Positions 56,495 through 64,000 of a DNA stretch of 64,000 nucleotides are shown here, one piece after another. The notes under the pieces were generated by a model that was given only the letters and a program-made list of their open reading frames with translations, was not told the DNA's origin and did not search any database. Each line of letters starts with the position of its first letter. Position 1 is the first letter of the stretch. A program made the position numbers and the translations under genes. The DNA lies in assembly GCA_038232055.1 (NCBI GenBank), contig JBBSIN010000004.1:1697-65696 (forward strand), read 5' to 3'. The stretch is from Mycobacteriales bacterium. GTDB lineage: Bacteria > Actinomycetota > Actinomycetes > JADGOV01.

Positions 56495-57538
56495 CTAGCC
56501 GCGCCGCGGGCGATCCGCCGCCGGCATGTCGGCACCGGTTCGTACGCCGCCTGCGCCGAGCAGGTGGGCGGCCACCTCGTCGGCGGCATCGGCGCCGTAC
56601 GCCGACCGCAGTCGGTCGACGAAAGTGGCCTTGTCGAGGTCGTACTCCTGCGTACCGACCGTCTCGATGACGTACGTCGCGAGCAGGCTGCCCACCTCGG
56701 CCGAGCGCTCGAGGGAGAGTCCCCACCCGATGCCCGCCAGGAAGCCGGCGCGAAAACCGTCACCGACGCCGGTCGGGTCGGCTCTGGTGACCTCGGGCAC
56801 AGTCGGGACCGCCAGTGCAGGCTGCCCGGCCACGAAGATCGAGCATCCTTTCGCGCCCTTCGTCACGATCCAGACCCCGACCCGGGCGACGATGTCGTCG
56901 TGGCTCCAGCCGGTCTTGGATTCGATGAGGCCGGCCTCGTAGTCGTTACAGAGCAGGTAGCGGGCGTCCTCGACGAGAGCCCGGATCTCCGACCCCGCCA
57001 TGCGGGCGAGCTGCTGCGACGGGTCGGCGGCGAAGGGGTAGGCGCGGTCCCGGCACTCCTGAGTGTGGCGGAGCATCGCCTCGGGGTCGTTGGGGCTGAC
57101 CACCACGAGGTCGAGGCCGCCAAGGCGCTGCGCGGTGGGCGCCAGCTCGATGGCGCGCGCCTCCGACATGGCGCCCGGATAGAACGACGCGAGCTGGTTC
57201 TGGTCGGCATCGGTGGTGCACAGGAAGCGGGCGGTATGGGCGAGCTCAGAGACGAGGACGGAGCTGGTGTCCACCCCGTGCCGCTCCAGCCATGACCGGT
57301 AGTCCGCGAAGTCCGGGCCGACCGCTCCAACGAGCACCGGGCGCAGGCCGAGCTGCGCCATGCCGAAGCAGATGTTCGCGGCCACCCCGCCACGGCGGAT
57401 GACCAGCTCGTCCACCAGGAAGGAGAGGGATACCCGGTCGAGCCGGTCGGCGATGAGCTGCTCGCGGAAGCGACCGGGAAACGTCATGAGGTGGTCGGTC
57501 GCGATCGATCCGGTCACGGCGATGCTGGGCACGGCCAA
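56495..57538 (-). CDS. adoK: PfkB-family carbohydrate/adenosine kinase
   Basis: GGVAANICFGMAQLG and DPTGVGDGFRAGFLAG are present. Position is syntenic with Rv2202c. Confidence 0.75.
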   Translation of the reverse strand: MAVPSIAVTGSIATDHLMTFPGRFREQLIADRLDRVSLSFLVDELVIRRGGVAANICFGMAQLGLRPVLVGAVGPDFADYRSWLERHGVDTSSVLVSELAHTARFLCTTDADQNQLASFYPGAMSEARAIELAPTAQRLGGLDLVVVSPNDPEAMLRHTQECRDRAYPFAADPSQQLARMAGSEIRALVEDARYLLCNDYEAGLIESKTGWSHDDIVARVGVWIVTKGAKGCSIFVAGQPALAVPTVPEVTRADPTGVGDGFRAGFLAGIGWGLSLERSAEVGSLLATYVIETVGTQEYDLDKATFVDRLRSAYGADAADEVAAHLLGAGGVRTGADMPAADRPRRG

Positions 57539-57570
57539 AGGCTAGTCGGCCCGGTGGGAAACCGTGGCGC

Positions 57571-58728
57571 ATGTCCGGGCGTCCAACTGCTGACCGAGTT
57601 GACGTTCGGAGGTCGGCGATGAGGGCTCCCAGACCGGTTCGTGGGCTGCTGCTGCCCGTTGTGGTGGCCGTGGCCGTGGCGGGAACCGCAGTCGGCGTGG
57701 GGAGTCTCGTCCGTTCGGGCGCGGCACGCCAAGCCGCCGGCGTCGATGCGCCTCCGGTGCTGCACCTCGACGGCGTCGGGGGCGGCCCTCAATCGGGGAC
57801 CAAGCCCCGTGGCATCCCTAGCGACGAGCCCACCGACCTGGTCCGCGGTTTGGCCGGTGGCGGGTACCGGTTGGCTGGCGACCTGCTCGACGGACCCGCC
57901 TCTGCGTGGGCGTATCGGTTGCCGGCCGGTCAGGCCGGGCTGGACGACGTACGCCGGGTCGCCACCGCCTTGGGGCTGGCCGGTACGCCTCGTCGCACCC
58001 GGGCCGGCTGGGTCGTCTTCAGCGGCCGCGGCCGGCTGGTGGTCCAGGACGCCGCCGGCCAGCCGTGGTCGTTCGGTGTCCGCGGGTGCCGGTCCGGTCT
58101 GCCCACCCGCAGTGCGGTGGCCGCCATCGCCTGCCCGCTGGGGGCCGTCCGGCCGCCCCTTCCGCGGCCCTGCCTGCTCGAGATGTGTCCGCTTCCGCAG
58201 CCTCCACCCGGACTCGTCACGTCACGCGCGCGCGAATTCTTCGCCGCGCTGGGGGCGGACGCCATCCCCTTCGCCGTCGACGGCGCGACCGCCACCGCGA
58301 ACCCGGATGTCGAAGGAGTACCGACCGCCGATTGGCCGCTCTCGGTCACCGTCGGCGAGGCAGGCACCGTCACCGCGGCCGCCGGCCACCTGGGCCGGCC
58401 GGTACGGCTGGCGTCGTACCCCATTGTCAGCGCGGATGAGGCGTTCGTCGCGCTGCAGAAGCGCCCGCGCCCGCTTCCCGAGGTGTGCCAGCTGCGCATC
58501 GATCCGAGCAGGTCGCGCAGCGCCGCACGCCGTGCGCAGCCGCGGTGCCTACCGTTGACACCGACGGTGGTCACCGGCGCCCGGCTGGGTCTGGATTACG
58601 TGCTGGCCGACCGCGGCGCGCTGCTGGTGCCGGCCTGGCTGTTCAGCGTGCGCGGCGACGCGCAGCCGATTCCGCAGATCGCCATAGCCGCCCGCTACCT
58701 GGCCGGCAACGGCATCCCGGGGACATAG
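57571..58728 (+). CDS. Membrane-anchored conserved hypothetical protein
   Basis: The N-terminal TM is LLLPVVVAVAVAGTAVGVG. GC3 is high. Position corresponds to Rv2203. Confidence 0.55.
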   Translation: MSGRPTADRVDVRRSAMRAPRPVRGLLLPVVVAVAVAGTAVGVGSLVRSGAARQAAGVDAPPVLHLDGVGGGPQSGTKPRGIPSDEPTDLVRGLAGGGYRLAGDLLDGPASAWAYRLPAGQAGLDDVRRVATALGLAGTPRRTRAGWVVFSGRGRLVVQDAAGQPWSFGVRGCRSGLPTRSAVAAIACPLGAVRPPLPRPCLLEMCPLPQPPPGLVTSRAREFFAALGADAIPFAVDGATATANPDVEGVPTADWPLSVTVGEAGTVTAAAGHLGRPVRLASYPIVSADEAFVALQKRPRPLPEVCQLRIDPSRSRSAARRAQPRCLPLTPTVVTGARLGLDYVLADRGALLVPAWLFSVRGDAQPIPQIAIAARYLAGNGIPGT

Positions 58729-58748
58729 CGGCATCCCGGGGACTTGAG

Positions 58749-58785
58749 GAAGCGGCGCACCCTGGACTGCAAGATGCGCCGCTTC
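58749..58785. terminator. 11-bp perfect stem hairpin GAAGCGGCGCA-N15-TGCGCCGCTTC
   Basis: It lies 20 nt after the stop at 58728 and directly abuts the 17-bp repeat array. Confidence 0.4.
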
Positions 58786-58886
58786 GGCTGGCTCAGTGGT
58801 TCGGCTGGCTCAGTGGTTCGGCTGGCTCAGAGGTTCAGCCAGCTCAGAGGTTCAGCCAGCTCAGTGGTTCAGCCAGCTCAGTGGAA
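58785..58886. repeat. 17-bp tandem repeat x6 (three CGGCTGGCTCAGWGGTT then three CAGCCAGCTCAGWGGWW)
   Basis: The units are contiguous from 58785 to 58886. The last unit contains the erpA stop (58878-58880) and its final codons. GCTGGCT and AGCCAGC are complementary. Confidence 0.85.
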
Positions 58887-59255
58887 CGAGTCGCCGCAGG
58901 CGCAGGAGCCGCCGGCATTGGGATTGTCGATCGTGAATCCCTGCTTCTCGATGGTGTCGACGAAGTCGATGACCGCGCCGGTGAGGTAGGGGCCGCTCAT
59001 CCGGTCGATGACCACCTGGACCCCGCCGAAGTCGGTGAAGTTGTCGCCGTCGAGCGTGCGCTCGTCGAAGAACAGCTGGTAGCGCAGGCCGGAACAGCCG
59101 CCGGGCTGTACGGCGACCCGCAGCGACAGGTCTGTGCGCCCCTCCTGCTCAAGCAGCGCCTTGACCTTGGCGGCTGCGCCGTCGGTGAGGACGACGACCT
59201 TGGACTCCGCGTCCGGTACGGCCTGCGCGTTCTGGGACGTTTCCTGAACAGTCAT
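58878..59255 (-). CDS. erpA: Iron-sulfur cluster insertion protein (HesB/IscA/ErpA family)
   Basis: This is the last 125 codons of ORF 58878..59372. LRVAVQPGGCSGLRY and the C-terminal GGSCACGDSFH are present. Confidence 0.9.
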   Translation of the reverse strand: MTVQETSQNAQAVPDAESKVVVLTDGAAAKVKALLEQEGRTDLSLRVAVQPGGCSGLRYQLFFDERTLDGDNFTDFGGVQVVIDRMSGPYLTGAVIDFVDTIEKQGFTIDNPNAGGSCACGDSFH

Positions 59256-59392
59256 GGCGGCTCCCGCTGGAGATACGTGCTTTCGGTTGGGCGTGCTGGG
59301 CTCTGTTGGGCAACGGCGCCGCGACGCCGACCATTCCATGCTCGCACAGGTTCGGTCGCGCGCGGTCGCCATCTGTGCCGCCGCCGCGCGCG

Positions 59393-60505
59393 TCAGCTTC
59401 GACGCGACCAGGTGCCGGCGACGCGCTCGACGAGCCGGGCCAGCTCCTCGGCAGGGCGTGCCATGGCGGCCGCCACGGAGCCCGCCGTGTCGGCGACGGC
59501 GTACGCCGCCTCGATGCCCGCCGCCGCCAGCTCTCGCCGCCCGACCAGGACCTGTCCGGCCACCACCACCGCGGGCAGTCCCGCCTCGGTCGCGGCGACC
59601 GCGACGCCGCTCGCGGCCTTGCCGCGCAGGGACTGCCAGTCGAAGCTGCCCTCACCGGTCAGGACGAGGTCGGCGGCAGCTACCCGTTCGCGTAGCCGGG
59701 TCTCCCGGATCAGCAACTCGATGCCGGACTCCCGGTGGGCGCCAAGGGCGAACAGCGCGTAGCCCAGACCGCCCGCCGCACCGGCCCCCGGCGCAACCGC
59801 CTTCCCGCTCGCCGTCGGCAGTGCGTTCTCCAGAAGGGACCGCCACCGGTCCAGAGCGGCGTCGAGGCGCGGTACGTCGTCGCGGTCGGCGCCCTTCTGC
59901 GGGCCGAAGACGGCGGTCGCGCCGTGCAGCCCGAGCAGTGGGTTGTCCACGTCGGTGGCCGCCACCAGCTCCACCTCGACGCTGCGGAGTGCGGCCGCGT
60001 CGACGGACTCGAGAGCGGCGAGCGCGTCGCCGCCGGCTGCCAGCAGGTGTCGAGGCTTCATCCCGAGCGCGGCGAGCAGGCCGCTGCCGCCGTCGTTGGT
60101 GGCGGAGCCGCCGAGGCCGACGACGACTCGCTCGGCAGCGGCGTCGAGGGCCGCCGCCAGCAGCTCGCCGACGCCGTACGTGGTCGTGCTGCCCGGTTCC
60201 CGTTCGTTCGGCGCGACGAGGTGCAGCCCCGCAGCCTGGGCGCTCTCGACGTACGCCGTGCCGCCCACCAGGAGCCAACGTGCGGCCACCGGCTGCCGGA
60301 GCGGGTCGCTGACGGAGACCTGGCGCAGCCGGCCGCCGATCGACGCATGCAGGACGTCGACGAAGCCCGGCCCGCCATCGCTGACCGGCGCGAGATCCAG
60401 CTCGTCGTCCGGCGCGTGACGCCGCCACCCCTCCGCCATCGCCGCCGCCGCCTCGACGGCCGACAGCGTGCCACCGAAGGAGTCCGGCGCGACAAGTACC
60501 CGCAC
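59393..60505 (-). CDS. glxK: Glycerate kinase
   Basis: MRVLVAPDSFGGTLSA, GLGGSATNDGGSGLL and LVLTGEGSFDWQSLRGK are present. Confidence 0.9.
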   Translation of the reverse strand: MRVLVAPDSFGGTLSAVEAAAAMAEGWRRHAPDDELDLAPVSDGGPGFVDVLHASIGGRLRQVSVSDPLRQPVAARWLLVGGTAYVESAQAAGLHLVAPNEREPGSTTTYGVGELLAAALDAAAERVVVGLGGSATNDGGSGLLAALGMKPRHLLAAGGDALAALESVDAAALRSVEVELVAATDVDNPLLGLHGATAVFGPQKGADRDDVPRLDAALDRWRSLLENALPTASGKAVAPGAGAAGGLGYALFALGAHRESGIELLIRETRLRERVAAADLVLTGEGSFDWQSLRGKAASGVAVAATEAGLPAVVVAGQVLVGRRELAAAGIEAAYAVADTAGSVAAAMARPAEELARLVERVAGTWSRRS

Positions 60506-60542
60506 CCGGCTAGTGTGCCGGGCCGCTACTTCCCGTCGCGGC

Positions 60543-61100
60543 TCAGAGGCCGGGCGCGCCCCAGACCGGGAACCAGCGGGACAGGTCCGGCTCGATCTTC
60601 AGGTCGCCCGCCAGCACGCCGCGCGTCTCCAGCTCGAAGGCGTTGTCGCGGCGTTCCCCGCCCAGCGGCGCAAAGGGGTAGAACGTGCCCCGCTTGAACA
60701 GGTAGACGAGACCCAGCCGGTGCTGCGCGTCGGCGAAGCCGACCACCGAGCAGAGCAGCGACGTCCCGAAACCCGCGGCGACGAGCGAGCTGTTGACCGC
60801 ATGCAGCGCGGTCACGAGGGTGCCCACGTCGTCGTCCCGCGAGACGAGCCAGGTGTAGCCGAAGCTGTCCGTGACGCGATCCGGCCGGGGACCCTCGGCG
60901 CCGAGGAGATCCTCGATCTCGCTCTGGGTCTCCGCGAAGGCACTGCCCTGGGCCGCCTTGAAGCACACCGAGCCGGTGCCCGTTGGCGCGAGGCCGGTTG
61001 CCGCCTGGAGCGTCAGCGCCGCGGACGGCAACGCGAAGAGCACGTCCAGATCGGCCTTGGCCGGCTTGCTACGGCCCAGAATCGCGTCGAGGAGACCCAC
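60543..61100 (-). CDS. PspA-associated protein, PspAB-type
   Basis: GTG at 61100 (VGLLDAILGRSKPAKADLDVLFALPSAALTL...). YLFKRGTFYPFAP and the C-terminal SRWFPVWGAPGL are present. Confidence 0.65.
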   Translation of the reverse strand: MGLLDAILGRSKPAKADLDVLFALPSAALTLQAATGLAPTGTGSVCFKAAQGSAFAETQSEIEDLLGAEGPRPDRVTDSFGYTWLVSRDDDVGTLVTALHAVNSSLVAAGFGTSLLCSVVGFADAQHRLGLVYLFKRGTFYPFAPLGGERRDNAFELETRGVLAGDLKIEPDLSRWFPVWGAPGL

Positions 61101-61113
61101 GGCGGTACGCCGG

Positions 61114-62037
61114 TCAGACCGGCCGGGCGATCTCGGCCGCGACCCGGTCGAGCTGGGCGAGCCGCTGCTCAAGGCTGGGATGCGTCGAGAACAGCGACGA
61201 GAGCGAGAACCCGCTCGCGAGTGCCGGCGTGAAGAAGAACGCGTTGAACGCCTCCGCCGACCGCAGGTCCCGGGTCGGGATGCGAGCCATGTCGCCGGTC
61301 ACCTTGGTGAGCGCCGCGGCGAGCGCGGAGGGCCGACCGGTAAGCAAGGCGCCGGCCCGGTCGGCGGAGAGCTCACGGTAACGGGACAACGCCCGGATCA
61401 GCACGAAGCTGACGGCGTACACGACAACGGAGACGACGAGCACCGCGAGCAGGATCGCGCCGCTGTTGTCGTCCCGGTCGCGGCGGCGACCGCCCCCGAA
61501 CCCGCCGTACATGCCGGAGTAGAGGACCAGCCGGGTGATCATGCCGGCCAAGACGCCGAGGACCGACGCGATCGTCATGACGGCCACGTCACGGTGAGCG
61601 ACGTGGGACAACTCGTGCGCCAGCACGCCCTCGAGCTCCTCGGGACTGAGCCGGCGCAGGATGCCGGTGGTCGCGCACACCACTGCCCGTTTCGGGCTGC
61701 GGCCGGTGGCGAACGCGTTCGGCATGTCGCTGTCGGCGATGGCGACAGCGGGCTTGGGCATGTCGGAGAGCGCGCAGAGGCGGTCGATGACGCCGTGCAG
61801 CTCCGGCGCCTCCTGCGGGGTCACCACCCGGCCGCCCATCGAGAACAGCGCGATGCGGTCGGAGTACCAGTACTGCACGGCGAGGAAGCCGCCGGCGACG
61901 ACGATGACGAGGACCGGCGAGATGCCGCGGGCGATGAGCACCGCCATCGCCACGACGTAGAGCAGGCCGAGCAGGAACATGACGAGGACCATCCGGGCGG
62001 TCAGCCCGGGGTCGGATCGGAAGCGGCCTAGCGCCAC
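61114..62037 (-). CDS. htpX: Zinc metalloprotease HtpX (M48B)
   Basis: HELSHVAHRD, TM helices and the C-terminal STHPSLEQRL are present. Confidence 0.9.
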   Translation of the reverse strand: MALGRFRSDPGLTARMVLVMFLLGLLYVVAMAVLIARGISPVLVIVVAGGFLAVQYWYSDRIALFSMGGRVVTPQEAPELHGVIDRLCALSDMPKPAVAIADSDMPNAFATGRSPKRAVVCATTGILRRLSPEELEGVLAHELSHVAHRDVAVMTIASVLGVLAGMITRLVLYSGMYGGFGGGRRRDRDDNSGAILLAVLVVSVVVYAVSFVLIRALSRYRELSADRAGALLTGRPSALAAALTKVTGDMARIPTRDLRSAEAFNAFFFTPALASGFSLSSLFSTHPSLEQRLAQLDRVAAEIARPV

Positions 62038-62052
62038 GGCGTGCCTTCGCGC

Positions 62053-62331
62053 CTAACCTGGGATGAGACCTTCGTCGCCAAGCAGCTCACGCACCTCGGC
62101 GAGGTCGGCGTCGGAGCCGGGAAGCACCAGGTCGGAGGGCACGAGAGTGTCGTCCGGCATCCTGGTGCCGACCTGATGGATCCGCCCCAGCAGCGCGGAC
62201 AGCGCGGTTCGGAAGGTGGCCTCGTCGCCGGACTCGACCGCCGACCCGAGGTCGCTGTCGAGTTCGTTGAGACCGTCAAGGGCGTGCTCCGGTACGTCGA
62301 ACTGCCCCTCGCCGAGGATACGGACGATCAC
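62053..62331 (-). CDS. PspA-associated protein, PspAA-type
   Basis: MIVRILGEGQFDVPEHALDGLNELD...LLGDEGLIPG is present. The GTG overlaps the pspA stop (GTGA). Confidence 0.65.
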   Translation of the reverse strand: MIVRILGEGQFDVPEHALDGLNELDSDLGSAVESGDEATFRTALSALLGRIHQVGTRMPDDTLVPSDLVLPGSDADLAEVRELLGDEGLIPG

Positions 62332-63128
62332 TGCTGTCCCTCTCCGGAAACCGGCCGGGCGCTCGACTGGCCGGTCGGCTGGTTGCCGCCCTGGCCCGCG
62401 TCGAGCTGCTTCGGCGCCTGTCCGGCCGGCAGCTCGCCCTTGAGCCGGGCGAGCTCGAGCTCGACGTCGGAGTTGGAACCCATCGCGTCCAGCTCGCGCT
62501 GGATATCGTCACCTCGGGAGGTCGAGGTGACGTCGTCCAGCGCGCCCGATGCGAGCAGTTCGTCGATGGCACCGGAGCGGGCCTGCAGCTGGGCCGTCTT
62601 GTCCTCGGCGCGCTGCATCGCAAGGCCGACGTCGCTCATCTCCTCGGAGATGCCGGAGAATGCCTCGCCGATCTTGGTCTGCGCCTCGGCCGCGGTGTAG
62701 GTGGCCTTGATGGTCTCCTTGCGGGTACGGAAGGCGTCGACCTTCGCCTGCAGCCGCTGCGAAGCCGAGACGAGCTTCTGCTCCTCCTGGTCGAGCTGGG
62801 CGTGCTGCGCCTGCAGGTCGCTGACCTGCGCCTGCAGCCCGGACCGCCGGGTCAGCGCCTCACGGGCGAGATCCTCGCGGCCGGCGCCGATCGCCTGCTG
62901 GGCCTGATTCTGCAGCTTGTCGCCCTGTTGCTGCAGCGACTGCATCTGCAGTTCCAAACGCTTGCGGGACGTCGCCACGTCGGCGACCCCCCGGCGCACC
63001 TTCTGGAGCAGCTCCAGCTGCTTCTCGTAGGAGTAGTCGAGCGTCTCGCGCGGGTCTTCCGCGCGGTCGAGCGCCTTGCTGGCCTTGGCTCGAAAGATCA
63101 AGCTCAGCCGCTTGGAGAGTCCTGCCAC
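62328..63128 (-). CDS. pspA: PspA/IM30 family envelope-stress protein
   Basis: GTG at 63128 (VAGLSKRLSLIFRAKASKALDRAEDPRETLDYSYEKQLELLQKVRRGVADV) starts a long coiled coil and an acidic/Gln tail. Confidence 0.85.
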   Translation of the reverse strand: MAGLSKRLSLIFRAKASKALDRAEDPRETLDYSYEKQLELLQKVRRGVADVATSRKRLELQMQSLQQQGDKLQNQAQQAIGAGREDLAREALTRRSGLQAQVSDLQAQHAQLDQEEQKLVSASQRLQAKVDAFRTRKETIKATYTAAEAQTKIGEAFSGISEEMSDVGLAMQRAEDKTAQLQARSGAIDELLASGALDDVTSTSRGDDIQRELDAMGSNSDVELELARLKGELPAGQAPKQLDAGQGGNQPTGQSSARPVSGEGQQ

Positions 63129-63204
63129 CGCGAAGGCCCCCTCGGTCGGAAGCGGTACGTCGTACCCACAGCCTACGCACGGTTTGCCGGTTACTCTCCT
63201 CCCC

Positions 63205-63747
63205 GTGACCGAGGGGCAGCCGGATGAACGCGTGGGCGGCAAGGGGCGGCCCACGCCCAAGCGGCGTGAGGCCGAGCGACGCCGCCGGCAACCGGTCGCC
63301 GCGCCGCAGACTCGGCGAGAGGCCGCGCGGCAGGTGCGGCAGCGCAGCCGGGCCGCGCAGACCCAGGCCAGGGCCGCGCTGCGTACCGGCGACGAGCGCA
63401 ACCTTCCGCCGCGCGACGCCGGGCCGGTCCGCAGGTACGTGCGCGACTTGGTCGACGCCCGGCACAACGCCGGCAACTACGTGCTCCTCGTCGCCCTCGT
63501 CGTCGTCGTGGTCGGGTTCATCCCCGCGCCAGCGGTCCGGCTCGCCGTCGCGATCTGCTATCCGCTCGTGCTGCTCTGGGTGATCGTCGATGCCTTTTTG
63601 CTGGTCCGGCTGATCCGACGCAGGGTGACCACCGCATTTCCCGGAGAGCGGACGCGCGGGCTCGGCTCGTACGCCGTCATGCGCTCGTTCCAGGTCCGCC
63701 GGCTGCGGCTGCCGCCACCGAAGGTCAAGCTCGGCCAGAGCGTATAG
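63205..63747 (+). CDS. DUF3043 domain membrane protein
   Basis: GTG at 63205. A basic N-terminus (GKGRPTPKRREAE) and two TM helices (NYVLLVALVVVVVGF, ICYPLVLLWVIVDAFLLV) are present. Position corresponds to Rv2206. Confidence 0.75.
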   Translation: MTEGQPDERVGGKGRPTPKRREAERRRRQPVAAPQTRREAARQVRQRSRAAQTQARAALRTGDERNLPPRDAGPVRRYVRDLVDARHNAGNYVLLVALVVVVVGFIPAPAVRLAVAICYPLVLLWVIVDAFLLVRLIRRRVTTAFPGERTRGLGSYAVMRSFQVRRLRLPPPKVKLGQSV

Positions 63748-63786
63748 ACGACCTCTCCGCCGACCGACCGGCGGAGAGAGGTCGTC
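63747..63786. terminator. 16-17-bp stem hairpin immediately after the DUF3043 stop
   Basis: GACGACCTCTCCGCCG-ACCGACC-GGCGGAGAGAGGTCGTC with one bulge. There is no U-tract. Confidence 0.45.
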
Positions 63787-63975
63787 GGGGTGATCGTCCG
63801 AGAGATCCGCGCGCCTTACCACGGCAGGATCGTCCGAGTGATCGTCCGAGTGATCGTCCGAGTGATCGTCCGAGGAATGATCATGGCGTTGTGCCAGGTC
63901 AACGTTCTGGATTTCCTCGGACCAATCCTCCGACCAGTCCTCGGACCAGTCCTCGGAATTTCGCGGACCAGTGCA
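63787..63975. repeat. Copy C (largest) of the phased 12-bp-unit inverted-repeat element
   Basis: Left cores GTCCGAG start at 63796, 63832, 63844, 63856 and 63868. Right cores CTCGGAC-like start at 63916, 63928, 63940 and 63952. All lie on one 12-bp register. The inner cores are 48 bp apart. Confidence 0.85.
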
Positions 63976-64000
63976 CGTCTAGCCGGGGGGCTTCTGCCAA

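Noticed and set aside
58744-58989. 81-aa ORF reading through the 17-bp repeat array
   Set aside because: The 17-bp period is not a multiple of three, so the peptide is non-repetitive nonsense. The ORF also overlaps the erpA 3' end in antisense.
62300-62331. The PspAA start context GTGATCGTCCG is identical to 11 nt of the repeat unit
   Set aside because: It is a single 11-nt match inside a conserved coding N-terminus (MIVRILGEG). It has no second unit and no inverted partner at 48 bp. It is probably coincidence in a GC-rich genome.
22666-63975. The 12-bp, 15-bp, 16-bp and 17-bp repeat arrays as possible CRISPR arrays
   Set aside because: The units are contiguous with no unique spacers, the arrays are 50-190 bp long, and no cas genes are present in the window.
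63792-64000. Open plus-strand frames through copy C (DRPSDRPSDRPS... and VIVRVIVR...MIMALCQVNVLDFLGP...) as a possible repeat-containing gene start
   Set aside because: A 12-bp period is compatible with coding. However, copies A and B have the same geometry in non-coding contexts. In copy A the equivalent ATG frame runs out of frame across the fadD15 start. No RBS is evident. This cannot be fully excluded, because the window ends at 64000.
1-64000. tRNA, rRNA, tmRNA and RNase P genes
   Set aside because: I saw no T-loop-like GGTTCGAAT/GGTTCAAAT contexts with acceptor-stem complementarity and no rRNA-like conserved blocks while reading the intergenic regions. A dedicated scan (tRNAscan/Infernal) was not possible.

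Overview
High-GC actinobacterial chromosomal segment. Hand counts give about 78% G+C in a core gene. I found no rRNA, tRNA, CRISPR array, transposase or integrase. I call about 70 protein genes, 3 pseudogenes, 1 riboswitch and several repeat families. From memory, the backbone is collinear with the Mycobacterium tuberculosis Rv2182c-Rv2206 neighbourhood: plsC, fadD15, pimB, ripC, dnaQ/GIY-YIG, trpD, ctaE-qcrCAB, ctaC/ctaF, adoK, erpA, glxK, DUF3043. It differs in having a Streptomyces-like ctaC-ctaD-ctaF operon. Other ordinary content includes pfkA, ROK glucokinase, carbamate kinase, an aldo/keto reductase, an ArsR/MFS pair, and a pspA-pspAA-htpX-pspAB envelope-stress block. Most interesting is a dispersed intergenic element present three times (22666-22749, 26347-26438, 63787-63975). 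It is built from phased 12-bp units (GATCGTCSGAGG) in inverted arms, and the spacing between the inner cores is exactly conserved at 48 bp start-to-start. I cannot assign it to any known class. Next is a low-GC two-gene island (37331-39331, about 53-60% G+C) encoding a Cys-containing secreted protein and a hypothetical protein, with no mobility gene. There is also a tail-to-tail pair of ECF sigma factors fused in one chain to ZAS anti-sigma motifs. A CRP-type palindrome precedes a Crp regulator that is ATGA-coupled to a zinc-ribbon/cyclase/STAND/TPR protein. An accessory insertion between fadD15 and pimB carries a decayed vapBC, an intact mazEF9-like pair, a DUF5946-like gene and a GAF-kinase/NarL pair. 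A c-di-AMP (ydaO-type) riboswitch lies in the ripC leader. A photolyase gene is decayed by multiple lesions and sits near a MerR/B12-type regulator. A PRC-barrel/DUF2382 gene is frameshifted. Three tandem repeats each start on a gene's stop codon. Internal start coordinates were derived by counting residues in the supplied ORF track. All family assignments rest on motif recognition, not database searches.
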